Notes: generated from the sequence alone by a model not told the origin. 64,000 nucleotides of DNA from Phycisphaerae bacterium (GCA_030612705.1 JAUWNI010000004.1:4703-68702), one strand, 5' to 3'. Numbered from the stretch's first letter, positions 1-9,408 are shown. Program-made: numbers and translations.

Positions 1-2493
1 ATAGCTTGCCGCGATACCCGCTTCGGCCGCTTTCTTTTCCGCTTCTTGGCGCCGTTCCTTGCGCGTCGTGATCTTGTCACGCAGGTAGTACGTGAGAACG
101 GCTCCGAACGGCGGGTTTGGGGCGGCGTAGAAAGAAGCCCCCTGCGATCCGCGGCCCGAATCTCCGCCGAGCCGATTGCTCTGGATATAACGCCAGGCGC
201 TCTTGATCGGGAATAACACCGCACCGCGCTCCAGAAGCTCCTTGTCGGCCGTTCGCAATGGCGTGTAGTCGTCGAGGATGTAGATGCCGCGACCGAACGT
301 GCCCAGCACGAGGTCATTCTCTCGACGTTGGATGACGAGATCGCGCACCGGGATGGGCGGCATGTCGCCGGTGAGCTTGATCCACTGCTCGCCACCATCC
401 ACGGTGAAGTACGCCCCAAACTCGGTACCCACAAACAACAGCTTCGGATTCACGTCGTCCTCGGCAATGCTGTACACGGTGTCGCGCGGCGGCAGGTTCC
501 CGGCGATGGTCGTCCAGGTTCGCCCGCGATCGGTACTGCATAGAAGGTAGGGTTTGAAGTCGGCGTTCTTGTGGTTGTCGAACGCGGCGAACACAGTGTC
601 GACGTCGTGTAGCGAGGCGCTCAGGCAGCTCACGTAGGTCATCTCGGGTACGCCTGGAAAGGTCTCAATCCGCCGCCAGTGCCGGCCACCGTCCTCAGTG
701 ACCTGGATCAATCCATCGTCCGTACCGACGTAGATCAGCCCCTCGGCGAGCGGCGACTCCGTTAGCGAAACGCAGTTACCAAACCACGATGTGTTAAGGT
801 GCTTGGCCACTGCGTCGGCGGACTGGATCTTGCCCATGACCTTCAAGGTGTTGCGATCAAGCCGGCGAGTGAGGTCGTCGCTGGTAACCGTCCAACTCTC
901 GCCGCGGTCATCGGAGCGGAAGAGCTTGTTGGCGGCGAAGTACAGTCGCCGGTGATCGTGCGGGCTGAGGATCAGCGGCGAGTCCCAGTTCCAGCGGTAC
1001 GGCTCTTGGCCCGGAGCCTCCCGGGGCTTGATGTCGATCCGCTCGCCGCTGCGCCGGTCGTAGCGCACCAGGCCGCCGTACTGCCATTGGCTGTAGACAA
1101 TGTTGGGATCTTTCGGATCAACCTGTGTCTTGTAGCCGTCGCCGCCAACCGTGACGAACCAGTGCTCGTTCGCGATACCGACGCGGTCGCGGGTACGCGA
1201 CGGTCCGCCCAGCGTGGCATTGTCCTGCGTGCCGCCATAGACGTTGTAGAACGGCGTGGCGTCGTCGGCGCTGACGCGATAGAACTGGGTGATCGGCAGG
1301 TTAGGCTTCGGGTCCCAGTTCTTGCCCCGATCGAAGCTCTCGTATACGCCGCCGTCACAGCCGATCAGTAGGTAGTTGTTGTCGTCTGGGTCGATCCACA
1401 GGGCGTGATCGTCCACGTGGCGGTGCTCGCGCGGCATGCGCTGGAACGTTTTTCCGCCGTCTTCGGTAACGTGCAGGAACGTATCCAGGACGTAGATGCG
1501 ATCCACGTCACACGGATCGCAGACGATCTCGTTGTAGTACTGGGCGCTGGTTGTCTTGTATTCGCCGCGCTTCTCCCAGGTTTCGCCGCGATCCACGGAT
1601 CGGAAGAAGCCGCCCTTATCGTTGGCCGCATCAATAATGGCATAAACGACGTCCGGGTTGGTGGGCGCGATGTCCAAGCCGATCCGACCCATGTCTACCT
1701 CGGGCAGCCCCTCGGTGAGCTTGCGCCAAGTCTGGCCGGCATCGGTGGACTTGTATAGCGCTGATTCCGGCCCGCCGTTGATCAGCGTCCACACCCGCCG
1801 TCGCCGCTGATACGCGGAGGCATAGAGCACGTCTGGGTCACGCGGGTCGGCATGGATTTCATTGAAGCCCGTGTCATCGCTGACGTGCAGGATGCGCTGC
1901 CAGGTTTGGCCGCCGTCGGTCGTCTTGTACAGGCCGCGGTCGCCGCCGGCTCGCCACAACGGCCCCTGAGCGGCGACGTATAGCACGTTCGAGTCACGCG
2001 GGTCAATCAAGATCATGCCGATGTGCTCGGAGTCCTTGAGACCCAGGTTCTCCCAGTGGGCGCCGCCGTCGCGCGTACGGTACACGCCGTCGCCAAAGCC
2101 GACGCTGCGCTGACTGTTGTTCTCGCCGGTGCCAACCCATACCACGTGAGGGTTCTTGGGGTCCATTGCCAGACAACCGATTGAGTACGAACCTTGCTTG
2201 TCGAACACAGGTGTCCACGTCGTGCCGGCGTTGACCGTTTTCCATACGCCACCGGAGGCTACCGAGATGTAGTAGCGCGCGCGGTTATTCGGATTGACGA
2301 CCAAATCGCTGATCCGACCGGCCGTGAGGGCCGGTCCGAGCGAGCGCAGCTTGAGACCCGCGAAAGTCTCACCGGACATGAGTTCTGGCTCTTTCGACGT
2401 AGTCTCCGTCGAGGATCCCTGATCCGTCACAGGTGGAGGTGGTGCCATAAAAAAGACTACGATCGTTGGGAGCAGCACGACAGACAGTTTCAT
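1..2493 (-). CDS. Sortilin/VPS10-type BNR (Asp-box) repeat beta-propeller protein, secreted; N-terminal 831 codons, 3' end lies beyond the window start
   Basis: Absent from the ORF track because it is open at the window edge. My own minus-strand translation from the ATG at 2493-2491 gives MKLSVVLLPTIVVFFM (signal-like). It continues with ISDLVVNPNNRARYYISVASGGVWKTVNAGTTW, VYRTRDGGAHWENLG and LYKTTDGGQTWQRI (repeated DGGxTW Asp-box motifs). The frame stays open to nt 1 (..FYAAPNPPFGAVLTYYLRDK..). Confidence 0.8.
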   Translation of the reverse strand, partial: MKLSVVLLPTIVVFFMAPPPPVTDQGSSTETTSKEPELMSGETFAGLKLRSLGPALTAGRISDLVVNPNNRARYYISVASGGVWKTVNAGTTWTPVFDKQGSYSIGCLAMDPKNPHVVWVGTGENNSQRSVGFGDGVYRTRDGGAHWENLGLKDSEHIGMILIDPRDSNVLYVAAQGPLWRAGGDRGLYKTTDGGQTWQRILHVSDDTGFNEIHADPRDPDVLYASAYQRRRRVWTLINGGPESALYKSTDAGQTWRKLTEGLPEVDMGRIGLDIAPTNPDVVYAIIDAANDKGGFFRSVDRGETWEKRGEYKTTSAQYYNEIVCDPCDVDRIYVLDTFLHVTEDGGKTFQRMPREHRHVDDHALWIDPDDNNYLLIGCDGGVYESFDRGKNWDPKPNLPITQFYRVSADDATPFYNVYGGTQDNATLGGPSRTRDRVGIANEHWFVTVGGDGYKTQVDPKDPNIVYSQWQYGGLVRYDRRSGERIDIKPREAPGQEPYRWNWDSPLILSPHDHRRLYFAANKLFRSDDRGESWTVTSDDLTRRLDRNTLKVMGKIQSADAVAKHLNTSWFGNCVSLTESPLAEGLIYVGTDDGLIQVTEDGGRHWRRIETFPGVPEMTYVSCLSASLHDVDTVFAAFDNHKNADFKPYLLCSTDRGRTWTTIAGNLPPRDTVYSIAEDDVNPKLLFVGTEFGAYFTVDGGEQWIKLTGDMPPIPVRDLVIQRRENDLVLGTFGRGIYILDDYTPLRTADKELLERGAVLFPIKSAWRYIQSNRLGGDSGRGSQGASFYAAPNPPFGAVLTYYLRDKITTRKERRQEAEKKAAEAGIAASY

Positions 2494-2882
2494 TCTTGTT
2501 CCTCTCGGCGGCTTCTGCGCCGGAATGCGCTGTGGCTGCCGGCGGAGCCGACCTTTTCATGATCCCAATAGGCGCCGCACTCCGATCAAGCAGCAATCTG
2601 AGAAGCGTGGCATTATGGCAGGATCGTACTCGAATTCTCGCGGTGTTGCTGCCAATCCGGGTAAGCTGTACTGGATCAAAAAGCCCAAAGAAATCAAAAC
2701 GTACTACGCCTACGACGACCGCGTTCACAATGCGGATCCTGGTTGGGTTGCCAAGTGGATGTGCTTGTCCATCGCCGGGTTGAGCGTACGCCTCGGTGGC
2801 TGTTCGGATTGAAGAGGATGCCCCTCCGACGCGCCGCCTTGGTTGCTCCGCCGGACCAATCCACCCTCGTTCAAACGACTCG

Positions 2883-3070
2883 TCAGCTGTGCAGCACCGC
2901 GCTAAGTTCTCCGATCGTCCGCGCGGCGCACGACCGAAGGACTGACTCGTCGTCCTGCAACATCACCAGCAGGGGCTCGAGGACATTGGGAGTCACGGTC
3001 ACCACCCGCAAGCGACGCGAGCGCCCGGGGGAGCATGGGAACGGCCGAGACTGTCGAACGGCGAGCATGG
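2883..3070 (-). pseudogene. Possible HEAT-repeat protein C-terminal fragment
   Basis: The ORF tail NVLEPLLVMLQDDESVLRSCAARTIGEL resembles a PBS-lyase/HEAT repeat unit. It has only a TTG start, and it abuts the transposase remnant. Confidence 0.25.
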
Positions 3071-3316
3071 TCAAGCCATACGTTGCAGGTCGCCCCGCAG
3101 CCCTCGGCGGATGATGTCGATCAGTCTGGGCGGTAGATGTGAGATGTTTCCGAGCGTTTCATGTTTGACCTTGCCGCCCTGGCGATAGCTGCGCCGCAGC
3201 AAGGTTGTCTGGTAGACCTCGCCTTTGTATTTGCGCTTGGTCGTGGCTACGTGAACTGTTCCGCTTCTTGCTAGTATACTAATGTTATAGCACAAGAACC
3301 GGCATCGCGCAAGCAT
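3071..3316 (-). pseudogene. IS1634-family transposase, N-terminal ~80-aa remnant
   Basis: VATTKRKYKGEVYQTTLLRRSYRQGGKVKHETLGNISHLPPRLIDIIRRGLRGD matches the conserved N-terminus of IS1634 transposases as I recall it. Full-length proteins are about 500-600 aa; this ORF stops at 81 aa. The adjacent DNA (about 3240-3760) is visibly lower in GC. Confidence 0.6.
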
Positions 3317-3814
3317 AATCCTGTATATTAGTGGCTACATTTGGAAGAAAACCAGCCCCTCCAACCCTATGTCGATTCAGAGGTTAGGCTCGAAAACAGG
3401 GATCAAAGTCGCGAAAAGTTCAGACTAGCCGGAATTCGACTTGGGGGGACAGATTCCTCGGTGCGGAGTCTACCCTGAGCGAAGCCGAAGGGCTTTTCGG
3501 AATGACGGCGTACGCACGGACCCGCACGGAAATTACGCTCACCCTTCGGAAACGGGTGCGGATAAAAAAATGAGTCTCCGGAATAAACCGTTCCAAAGCG
3601 TGACGGTGGTGTGAATTTGAGCGTTAACTACATCACACCGCAGGAGTTACGTTTTTCTAGGCGCGAACTGCCGACGAGAAACCGTCCACCCAGCAAGCGG
3701 GAATAGCGTTTTTTCTCTTGCGTTTTGGCTCGGGAGGTGATTAGAGTTTTGCTTTTGGTAGCGAAAATCGCACGGATGTGATGCTCGCTGCCAAGCCCTT
3801 GGCGAGGAAGGTGA

Positions 3815-4900
3815 ATGAGTTCACGGCCAAGTGTGTCGGAACCTCAGATGAATCATTCGAAGTATCTGCTGGAGTTCGAGAAGCCCATCGCCAAGATGGA
3901 GCAGGAGATCCAGCGTCTCGAATCAAGTCAGGTCGAGTCCGGACGCGACTACGCGGACATCATTAAGAGCATCCGCGATCAACTAACCGCCGCCCTGCGC
4001 GAGGCGTACGGAAATCTGACCCCGTGGGAGAACGTGCTGGTAGCGCGTCACCCGCGACGGCCTCTGATGCGCGATTATATCCGCATGTTGTGCAGGGATT
4101 TCTGCGAACTGCACGGAGATCGTCAATGCGCGGACGACAAGGCGATCGTGTGCGGGTTCGCCCGGCTCGCTGGTCAGCGCGTGATGCTTATCGGGCACCA
4201 TAAAGGCCGCGACACGCGCGAGAAGATCGAATCGAACTTCGGCTGCGCGCACCCGGACGGGTATCGCAAGGCGATGCGAGCAATGAAGCTGGCCGAAAAG
4301 TTCCACGTTCCAATCGTAAGTCTAGTCGATACGCCGGGTGCTTACCCCGGAGTCGAGTCCGAGGAGCGGGGAATTGCATGCGCGATCGCGGTCAACCTGA
4401 TGGAAATGTCGCGGCTGAAGACGCCGATCGTCGCCTGTGTGATCGGCGAGGGCGGTAGTGGAGGAGCCCTGGGCATTGCCGTGGCCGACCAGGTCGCCGT
4501 GATGCAACATGCCTATTACTCGGTGATCAGCCCGGAGGGCTGCGCCGCGATTCTATGGAAATCGGGTGAGCACGCCCCGAAGGCGGCCAAAGCCCTGCGA
4601 TTGACGCCTGAAGACCTGTTGCGACTGAAGTTGATCGACGCGATTGTGCCGGAACCTCTGGGCGGAGCGCACCGCGACCCCGAGGCAACGGGGAAGAACC
4701 TCGAGACCTGGATCGGCCGTTCGCTACGCGAGTTGAAACGCCCCAAGGTAGAAACGATCGTGCGGCGGCGCTACGAGCGGCTGCGTCACATCGGCTCGTT
4801 CCATGAGTCGGTCGCTGCCGACAACCCGACTAAGGTCTCGAAAACACGGAGTCGGCGGCGTCAGCCGGCCGCGCGGGTGATAACTGCTGCTCAATCCTGA
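3815..4900 (+). CDS. accA: Acetyl-CoA carboxylase carboxyltransferase alpha subunit
   Basis: The whole ORF reads as AccA: LEFEKPIAKMEQEIQRL, ARHPRRP, LIGHHKGRDTREKIESNFG, DTPGAYPG, EGGSGGALG. GAGGAAGG lies upstream of the ATG. An alternative start exists at 3848. Confidence 0.95.
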   Translation: MSSRPSVSEPQMNHSKYLLEFEKPIAKMEQEIQRLESSQVESGRDYADIIKSIRDQLTAALREAYGNLTPWENVLVARHPRRPLMRDYIRMLCRDFCELHGDRQCADDKAIVCGFARLAGQRVMLIGHHKGRDTREKIESNFGCAHPDGYRKAMRAMKLAEKFHVPIVSLVDTPGAYPGVESEERGIACAIAVNLMEMSRLKTPIVACVIGEGGSGGALGIAVADQVAVMQHAYYSVISPEGCAAILWKSGEHAPKAAKALRLTPEDLLRLKLIDAIVPEPLGGAHRDPEATGKNLETWIGRSLRELKRPKVETIVRRRYERLRHIGSFHESVAADNPTKVSKTRSRRRQPAARVITAAQS

Positions 4901-4923
4901 AGTAACGCGTGAATTGGTAGAGC

Positions 4924-5244
4924 GTGTCGGATCCCAGGACTCAACCCGTCGAAATCGATCTTGAACGCACCGAGCATCTGGAAATCCGCTGGGCCGATGG
5001 TCACCAGAGCACTATTGCATTGCCGCACTTACGCAACGCATGCCCATGTGCAAGCTGTCGGCAGACTCACTTGGAACGTGTGAATAACCCCCCGGCAGTC
5101 ATACCGTCGGAGCAGAGCATGCCGGATATGATGATTGTCGAAAGGGCTGAGCTGGTCGGCGCTTACGGGCTGAAAATCGTCTGGAATGACGGCCACGACA
5201 CGGGGATTTACGATTTTGCCCTGCTGCGCGAGCTGGGTGGATGA
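4924..5244 (+). CDS. DUF971 family protein (gamma-butyrobetaine hydroxylase-like N-terminal domain)
   Basis: LEIRWADGHQSTIALPHLRNACPCASC ... YGLKIVWNDGHDTGIYDFALLRE is the typical DUF971 pattern. The start codon is GTG. Confidence 0.8.
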   Translation: MSDPRTQPVEIDLERTEHLEIRWADGHQSTIALPHLRNACPCASCRQTHLERVNNPPAVIPSEQSMPDMMIVERAELVGAYGLKIVWNDGHDTGIYDFALLRELGG

Positions 5245-5358
5245 ATATTCTCACTTCGGCTATTGCGGATCGAACCGGATACCCGGTTACGGCGTAGAAA
5301 AAATGGTAAACCACAACAAATTGCGGTATTTTCCTATCCGAGTCGGCTTGGAGCGCGT

Positions 5359-5408
5359 TATAATGCCCTGTTTAAGATATGATACGGGTTCAACAGATAC
5401 GGTATAAT
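5359..5408 (+). promoter_or_regulatory. Two perfect TATAAT hexamers upstream of the DUF2617-like gene (candidate -10 boxes)
   Basis: TATAAT occurs at 5359-5364 and at 5403-5408 in a locally AT-rich stretch. The -35 regions are weak (TGATAC sits 17 nt upstream of the second box). Use of the second box would favour the ATG at 5433 as the start. Confidence 0.3.
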
Positions 5409-5432
5409 CACAAGAGAGGTATCACGAGCAAT

Positions 5433-5975
5433 ATGGAAATGGTGACCTTACAAGCAATTGATCTGAATCTGTTTCTCTACGACCGTCCGTTGCACCCGGA
5501 GCTGTTTCAGCATTTTGCTGATTATCGGATCCGACAGGGTCGTTATCACGCGGATATCTGGATCACCGGGCTGAGTCATGTACTCACAGTGACGATGGGC
5601 CACCGCTCGGTCACTGAATTGGTCTATAATGATCTGGATATACTGCCGACACGCGGCGTACTGACGCGTTTTCGCATCAAGGGCGAGCGCGACGGTGAGC
5701 GAGAGATGTCCGATGGCTGGCGCTACATGGTCAGTAGCCAGATTGAGATTATGGCTGAGCCGCTGTACAAGTCGGTTCATAACGATTTGATTCGGCACGC
5801 GGCAAAGCGTGGCTGGTACTACGCTTACGAGCAATGGGCCGACGGAGAGCTGGTTCCGTTCACGTATATTGACTACGAGGCCCGCGATCGGGAATTTCAC
5901 GTACACGTGTTCCACGCGTTCCCGCAGGACCACACGTTGGTCAAGACGCAGTCGATTTTCGAGTTGCCGAGCTAA
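5433..5975 (+). CDS. Conserved hypothetical protein, DUF2617-like
   Basis: The C-terminal EFHVHVFHAFPQDHTLVKTQSIF resembles the conserved H-x-W-x-T-W-H-A-Y-P-Q..LV.T end of DUF2617 proteins, recalled from memory. The tracked ORF starts at 5379. A good terminator follows. Confidence 0.5.
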   Translation: MEMVTLQAIDLNLFLYDRPLHPELFQHFADYRIRQGRYHADIWITGLSHVLTVTMGHRSVTELVYNDLDILPTRGVLTRFRIKGERDGEREMSDGWRYMVSSQIEIMAEPLYKSVHNDLIRHAAKRGWYYAYEQWADGELVPFTYIDYEARDREFHVHVFHAFPQDHTLVKTQSIFELPS

Positions 5976-5997
5976 TCGGTCGACGTTTGCAGACAGC

Positions 5998-6040
5998 GCC
6001 ACCCGCGGTTCGGCTTAATACCGCGAGTGGCTTTTTTATT
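5998..6040 (+). terminator. Rho-independent terminator
   Basis: GCCACCCGCGG (5998-6008) pairs with CCGCGAGTGGC (6021-6031) with one mismatch and a 12-nt loop. TTTTTTATT follows directly. Confidence 0.75.
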
Positions 6041-6050
6041 GGACGGTAGC

Positions 6051-6253
6051 GCTTTGTCTGGGTTGATTTGATGGGTAGTGTTTCTTTCGAGACCGTGATA
6101 ATGCTTGAAGAGGGCAACAATACTCGAAGAGCCGCGGACTTTAGTCCGCCCGGTCCTTCGGAAAGGGGTAATTCTACTCCCCGAACGACCGGGCGGACTG
6201 AAGTCCGCGGCTCCTCGGGCGGCTCCTCGGGTTGAACCCATCAAAGCAACACT
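6051..6253 (+). repeat. About 200-nt structured intergenic repeat, copy A (inverted copy at 47851-48041)
   Basis: It aligns by eye to the reverse complement of 47851-48041. Conserved arms are gctttgtct.ggttgatttga.gggtagtgtttctttcgagaccgtgataat.cttgaag.gggcaacaatactcgaagagccgcgga and gcggact.aagtccgcggctcctcgggttgaacccatcaaagcaa. The centre is variable. Confidence 0.85.
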
Positions 6254-6270
6254 GACGGAGCACCAGGACT

Positions 6271-6307
6271 TCGATTCGTGTCCCACACGGCTAAAGCCAT
6301 GGGCCAC
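6271..6307 (-). repeat. Truncated copy (5' half) of the 77-nt cloverleaf-like repeat
   Basis: The reverse complement reads GTGGCCCATGGCTTTAGCCGTGTGGGACACGAATCGA. It matches the first half of 55548-55624 and 60717-60793. Confidence 0.8.
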
Positions 6308-6333
6308 ACCTCTATCGAGATACGGATACCTCG

Positions 6334-8310
6334 ATGCCCGTGTCGGATCCGAATGTGATTCACATCAATGGCGCCCGCGTTCACAACCTCAGGGACGTCA
6401 CGCTGACGCTCCCGAAAGGTCGGCTGATCTGCTTCACCGGCGTCTCCGGCAGCGGTAAGAGCAGCTTGGCATTCGACACGCTGTACGCCGAGGGGCAGCG
6501 GCGATACATCGAGTCGCTCAGCTCGTATGCCCGGCAGTTCATGGGCGAGCTGCCCAAGCCGGATGTCGACCAGATCACCGGGCTGGCCCCCTCGATTTCG
6601 ATTCAGCAGAAGACGAGCGGGTGGAACCCGCGCAGCACAGTGGGCACGATCACGCAGATTCACGACTACCTGCGGGTCTTGTTTGCTCGGGCGGGTACGG
6701 CGCACTGTCCGGAGTGCAAACGGCCGATAACCGCGCAGACGCGTGAGCACATGCTGGCGCGGATTCTATCGCTGGATGAGGGGACAAGGCTGGTACTGCT
6801 GGCACCGAAGATTCGCGGTCAGAAAGGTGAATATCGCGATCTGTTCGAAGAGCTGTTGCACCAGGGATTTGTGCGAGCACGGGTCGACGGCGAGATTATT
6901 GAATTAGCAAGCCCGCCGGAGCTGGATCGCTATCGCCGACACGATATCGAGGTCGTCGTGGATCGCTTGGTCGTTCAGGCGGGAGTGCGGCCGCGTCTCG
7001 CGGAAGCGCTCGAGCTGGCGCTGTCGAGCGGCGACGGGGCGGCGATTGTGATGATTCCGAGCGAGAACGCAGACTCCGGGCTGGGGCACCGGAGGCGGAA
7101 GGCGGGCCGGGGAGGTCGGGATATTCTGCTTTCGTCGGGGTATGCCTGCACGGCGTGCGGGTTGAGCTTTGAGCCGCCGAGCCCGCAGATGTTCAGCTTC
7201 AACAGTCCACGGGGGATGTGTGAATACTGCGACGGGCTGGGGACGCGTTTCGACTTCGATCCCGAGCTGCTGATTCCGAATCCGTCGCTGAGTTTTCTTG
7301 CTCCGTGCGTCGCGGCGCTGCGCCGGCCGCCGGGACGTTGGCGTAGACACATATATGAAGGCGTGGCGCGCCATCTGGGAGTCGATTTGAAGAAGCCTTG
7401 GCGTGACCTGCCGACAGGCGCCCGCGAAGCATTGCTATACGGGACGGGTGACGCTCATGTCACATTCGAGTGGAAAGGACGCTACGGCGTATGGAAGCAC
7501 GGGGGAACGTACGAAGGCGTCATTCCCAAGCTACACGCCCAGCACAGGAAAGCCGGTTCCGCAATAGTGCGGCGTTTTTACGAACAATACATGCGGCAGA
7601 CGACCTGTCCGCGTTGTCAGGGTGCCCGGCTGGTCGCGCAAGCGCTGGCGGTCACCTTGACCAGCCGATGCAAGGAAATCGGCAAGGGCGAGGCGGCCCG
7701 GCTGAACATCGACGAGGTGTGCAAGCTGTCGATCGACCGCGCGTTGGCGTTCTTTGATGAGCTTGAGCTCGATCGCCTGGGCGAGCAGATTGCCGAAGAG
7801 CCGTTGAAGGAGATTCGGGCCCGGCTACGGTTTCTGGTGGATGTGGGGCTGGAATATCTGACACTCGATCGACAGGCACCGACGCTGGCGGGGGGCGAAT
7901 CGCAGCGAATTCGACTGGCGAGCCAGATCGGGTGCGGGCTGGTGGGTGTGCTGTACGTGCTGGATGAGCCGAGTATCGGACTGCATCCGCGGGACAATCG
8001 CCGACTGCTGTCGTCGCTGCAACGGCTGCGTGACATGGGGAACACGGTGATCGTGGTTGAGCACGACTGGGACACGATGGAGGCCGCGGACCTGATAGTG
8101 GATTTTGGTCCCGGACCGGGGGTTCGCGGGGGTGAAGTGGTGGCGCGGGGGAATTTGCGTGAGATAGCCGAAACGGCGAATTCGGTGACGGGGGCGTACC
8201 TATCGGGCCGGAAAAGTATTGAAATACCGGCGGCGCGCCGCCCGGTAACACGTCGATCACCGCGCAATCAGCGGGGTCGAGTCAAGTCTTCGCGACAAAT
8301 CAACGAGTAG
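6334..8310 (+). CDS. uvrA: UvrA-like excinuclease ABC subunit A, truncated: only the first ABC ATPase module with its zinc/insertion domains (658 aa)
   Basis: The ORF contains GVSGSGKSSLAFDTLYAEGQRRYIESLS (Walker A), APSISIQQK, LAGGESQRIRLA (signature) and LYVLDEPSIGLHPRD (Walker B). It ends just after VTGAYLSGRKSIEIP, where the second ATPase module normally begins. The last ~20 aa are an unrelated basic tail. Confidence 0.85.
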   Translation: MPVSDPNVIHINGARVHNLRDVTLTLPKGRLICFTGVSGSGKSSLAFDTLYAEGQRRYIESLSSYARQFMGELPKPDVDQITGLAPSISIQQKTSGWNPRSTVGTITQIHDYLRVLFARAGTAHCPECKRPITAQTREHMLARILSLDEGTRLVLLAPKIRGQKGEYRDLFEELLHQGFVRARVDGEIIELASPPELDRYRRHDIEVVVDRLVVQAGVRPRLAEALELALSSGDGAAIVMIPSENADSGLGHRRRKAGRGGRDILLSSGYACTACGLSFEPPSPQMFSFNSPRGMCEYCDGLGTRFDFDPELLIPNPSLSFLAPCVAALRRPPGRWRRHIYEGVARHLGVDLKKPWRDLPTGAREALLYGTGDAHVTFEWKGRYGVWKHGGTYEGVIPKLHAQHRKAGSAIVRRFYEQYMRQTTCPRCQGARLVAQALAVTLTSRCKEIGKGEAARLNIDEVCKLSIDRALAFFDELELDRLGEQIAEEPLKEIRARLRFLVDVGLEYLTLDRQAPTLAGGESQRIRLASQIGCGLVGVLYVLDEPSIGLHPRDNRRLLSSLQRLRDMGNTVIVVEHDWDTMEAADLIVDFGPGPGVRGGEVVARGNLREIAETANSVTGAYLSGRKSIEIPAARRPVTRRSPRNQRGRVKSSRQINE

Positions 8311-8622
8311 ATCGGTAGCGGTTTCGAACGATACGCGGGTCTCGGTACGCTCCGGGTTCGCGGTTATTTTCGGAACACGCGGTTTTACCGTGGCCGGGGG
8401 GTACGGTCAGTGCCGCGGCGGGCAAGTCAAGCATCAAATTCAAAATCATGCCCTCTATCTCAGGAAAGTTTTGAATCCTTCATTAGCGAACGTGCCTTGA
8501 GTCGCACGTTGAGAGGGAACACGGCGGATCTTCCGAAGCGAGTCATGCGCCGGGTTCGAAAGTTGGCGAGTGTCCAACGGCGGCCGCAATCAAGCGGATG
8601 CCACCGAAGGTTGGGAACGGCC

Positions 8623-8811
8623 ATGAGCACAAGCGGCAGAATAACGCTGATTTGTCCGAATCTGTCGTGTCGGCGAACGCTGCACGTTCCACTGTCGTCG
8701 CGCGGCAAGGTGATGCGTTGCGCGTATTGCAACTCACCGTTTCGCGTACCCGAGAACATCAAGAATGAATCTGAAACGGTCTCGGCGGTTCGTGAGGGAA
8801 AGAAAGAGTAA
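8623..8811 (+). CDS. Small zinc-ribbon protein (62 aa)
   Basis: MSTSGRITLICPNLSCRRTLHVPLSSRGKVMRCAYCNSPFRVPE has a CxxxxC...CxxC arrangement typical of a zinc ribbon. The start is chosen at the internal ATG; the tracked ORF begins at 8410. Confidence 0.45.
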   Translation: MSTSGRITLICPNLSCRRTLHVPLSSRGKVMRCAYCNSPFRVPENIKNESETVSAVREGKKE

Positions 8812-8862
8812 GGGAAAGTAGTCAAGGCGGCCCAGCGCCGCCGGTGGTGAAGGAAGCGGGAC

Positions 8863-9408
8863 ATGAAAGCGCCAGCACACGAGTGCCTCGGGCCGGTAGT
8901 CCGGCCCGGGTCAACGCCTAATGTAATTGCTGAATACAAGTCGTCCGCGGCCTTCTCGCCGGCCGGGCAGGATACGGGATCGGCGGCGACGGACCGGCAA
9001 ATCATTCTGAACTTAAAAACGCTGTTCGAACGCGATCCGGCTTTGATTTCATCGTTGATGGAGGACCCGGAACGTCACCCATCGACTCCGTGCGCGACCA
9101 CTTTGATGGTCGCGGCCCGGGAGGCACTGGACGCGCGCCCGAACTCGGCGGAATTGCACTATCACGTTGCGCGGGCAGCGGCGCGGCTTGGGAGACCGCA
9201 AGAAGCGGCGAGTCTGCTCGAACGGGCGTTGGAGTTGAACCCATGCCACAGCGGAGCCTCGGTTCTGCTGAACGACGTCTGCATGCTGTTGAAGGAGCCG
9301 CACCGTGCGGTCGCGTGGGTGCAGCGCCTGCTACGGGCGGACACCGCACCACCGTCGACGGTGTCACCGGGGGGACGCGACAGGAGAGGAAATGAGCTAT
9401 TTACTTGA
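8863..9408 (+). CDS. Hypothetical protein with a TPR-like C-terminal half
   Basis: AELHYHVARAAARLGRPQEAASLLERALELNPCHSGA looks like a TPR unit. It overlaps the next gene by 17 nt. Confidence 0.5.
   Translation: MKAPAHECLGPVVRPGSTPNVIAEYKSSAAFSPAGQDTGSAATDRQIILNLKTLFERDPALISSLMEDPERHPSTPCATTLMVAAREALDARPNSAELHYHVARAAARLGRPQEAASLLERALELNPCHSGASVLLNDVCMLLKEPHRAVAWVQRLLRADTAPPSTVSPGGRDRRGNELFT

Noticed and set aside
2615-2812. A small plus-strand ORF reading MAGSYSNSRGVAANPGKLYWIKKPKEIKTYYAYDDRVHNADPGW...
   Set aside because: The middle looks protein-like, but there is no SD and no recognisable family, and it sits beside decayed genes. It is possibly another gene fragment. The support is insufficient to annotate it.
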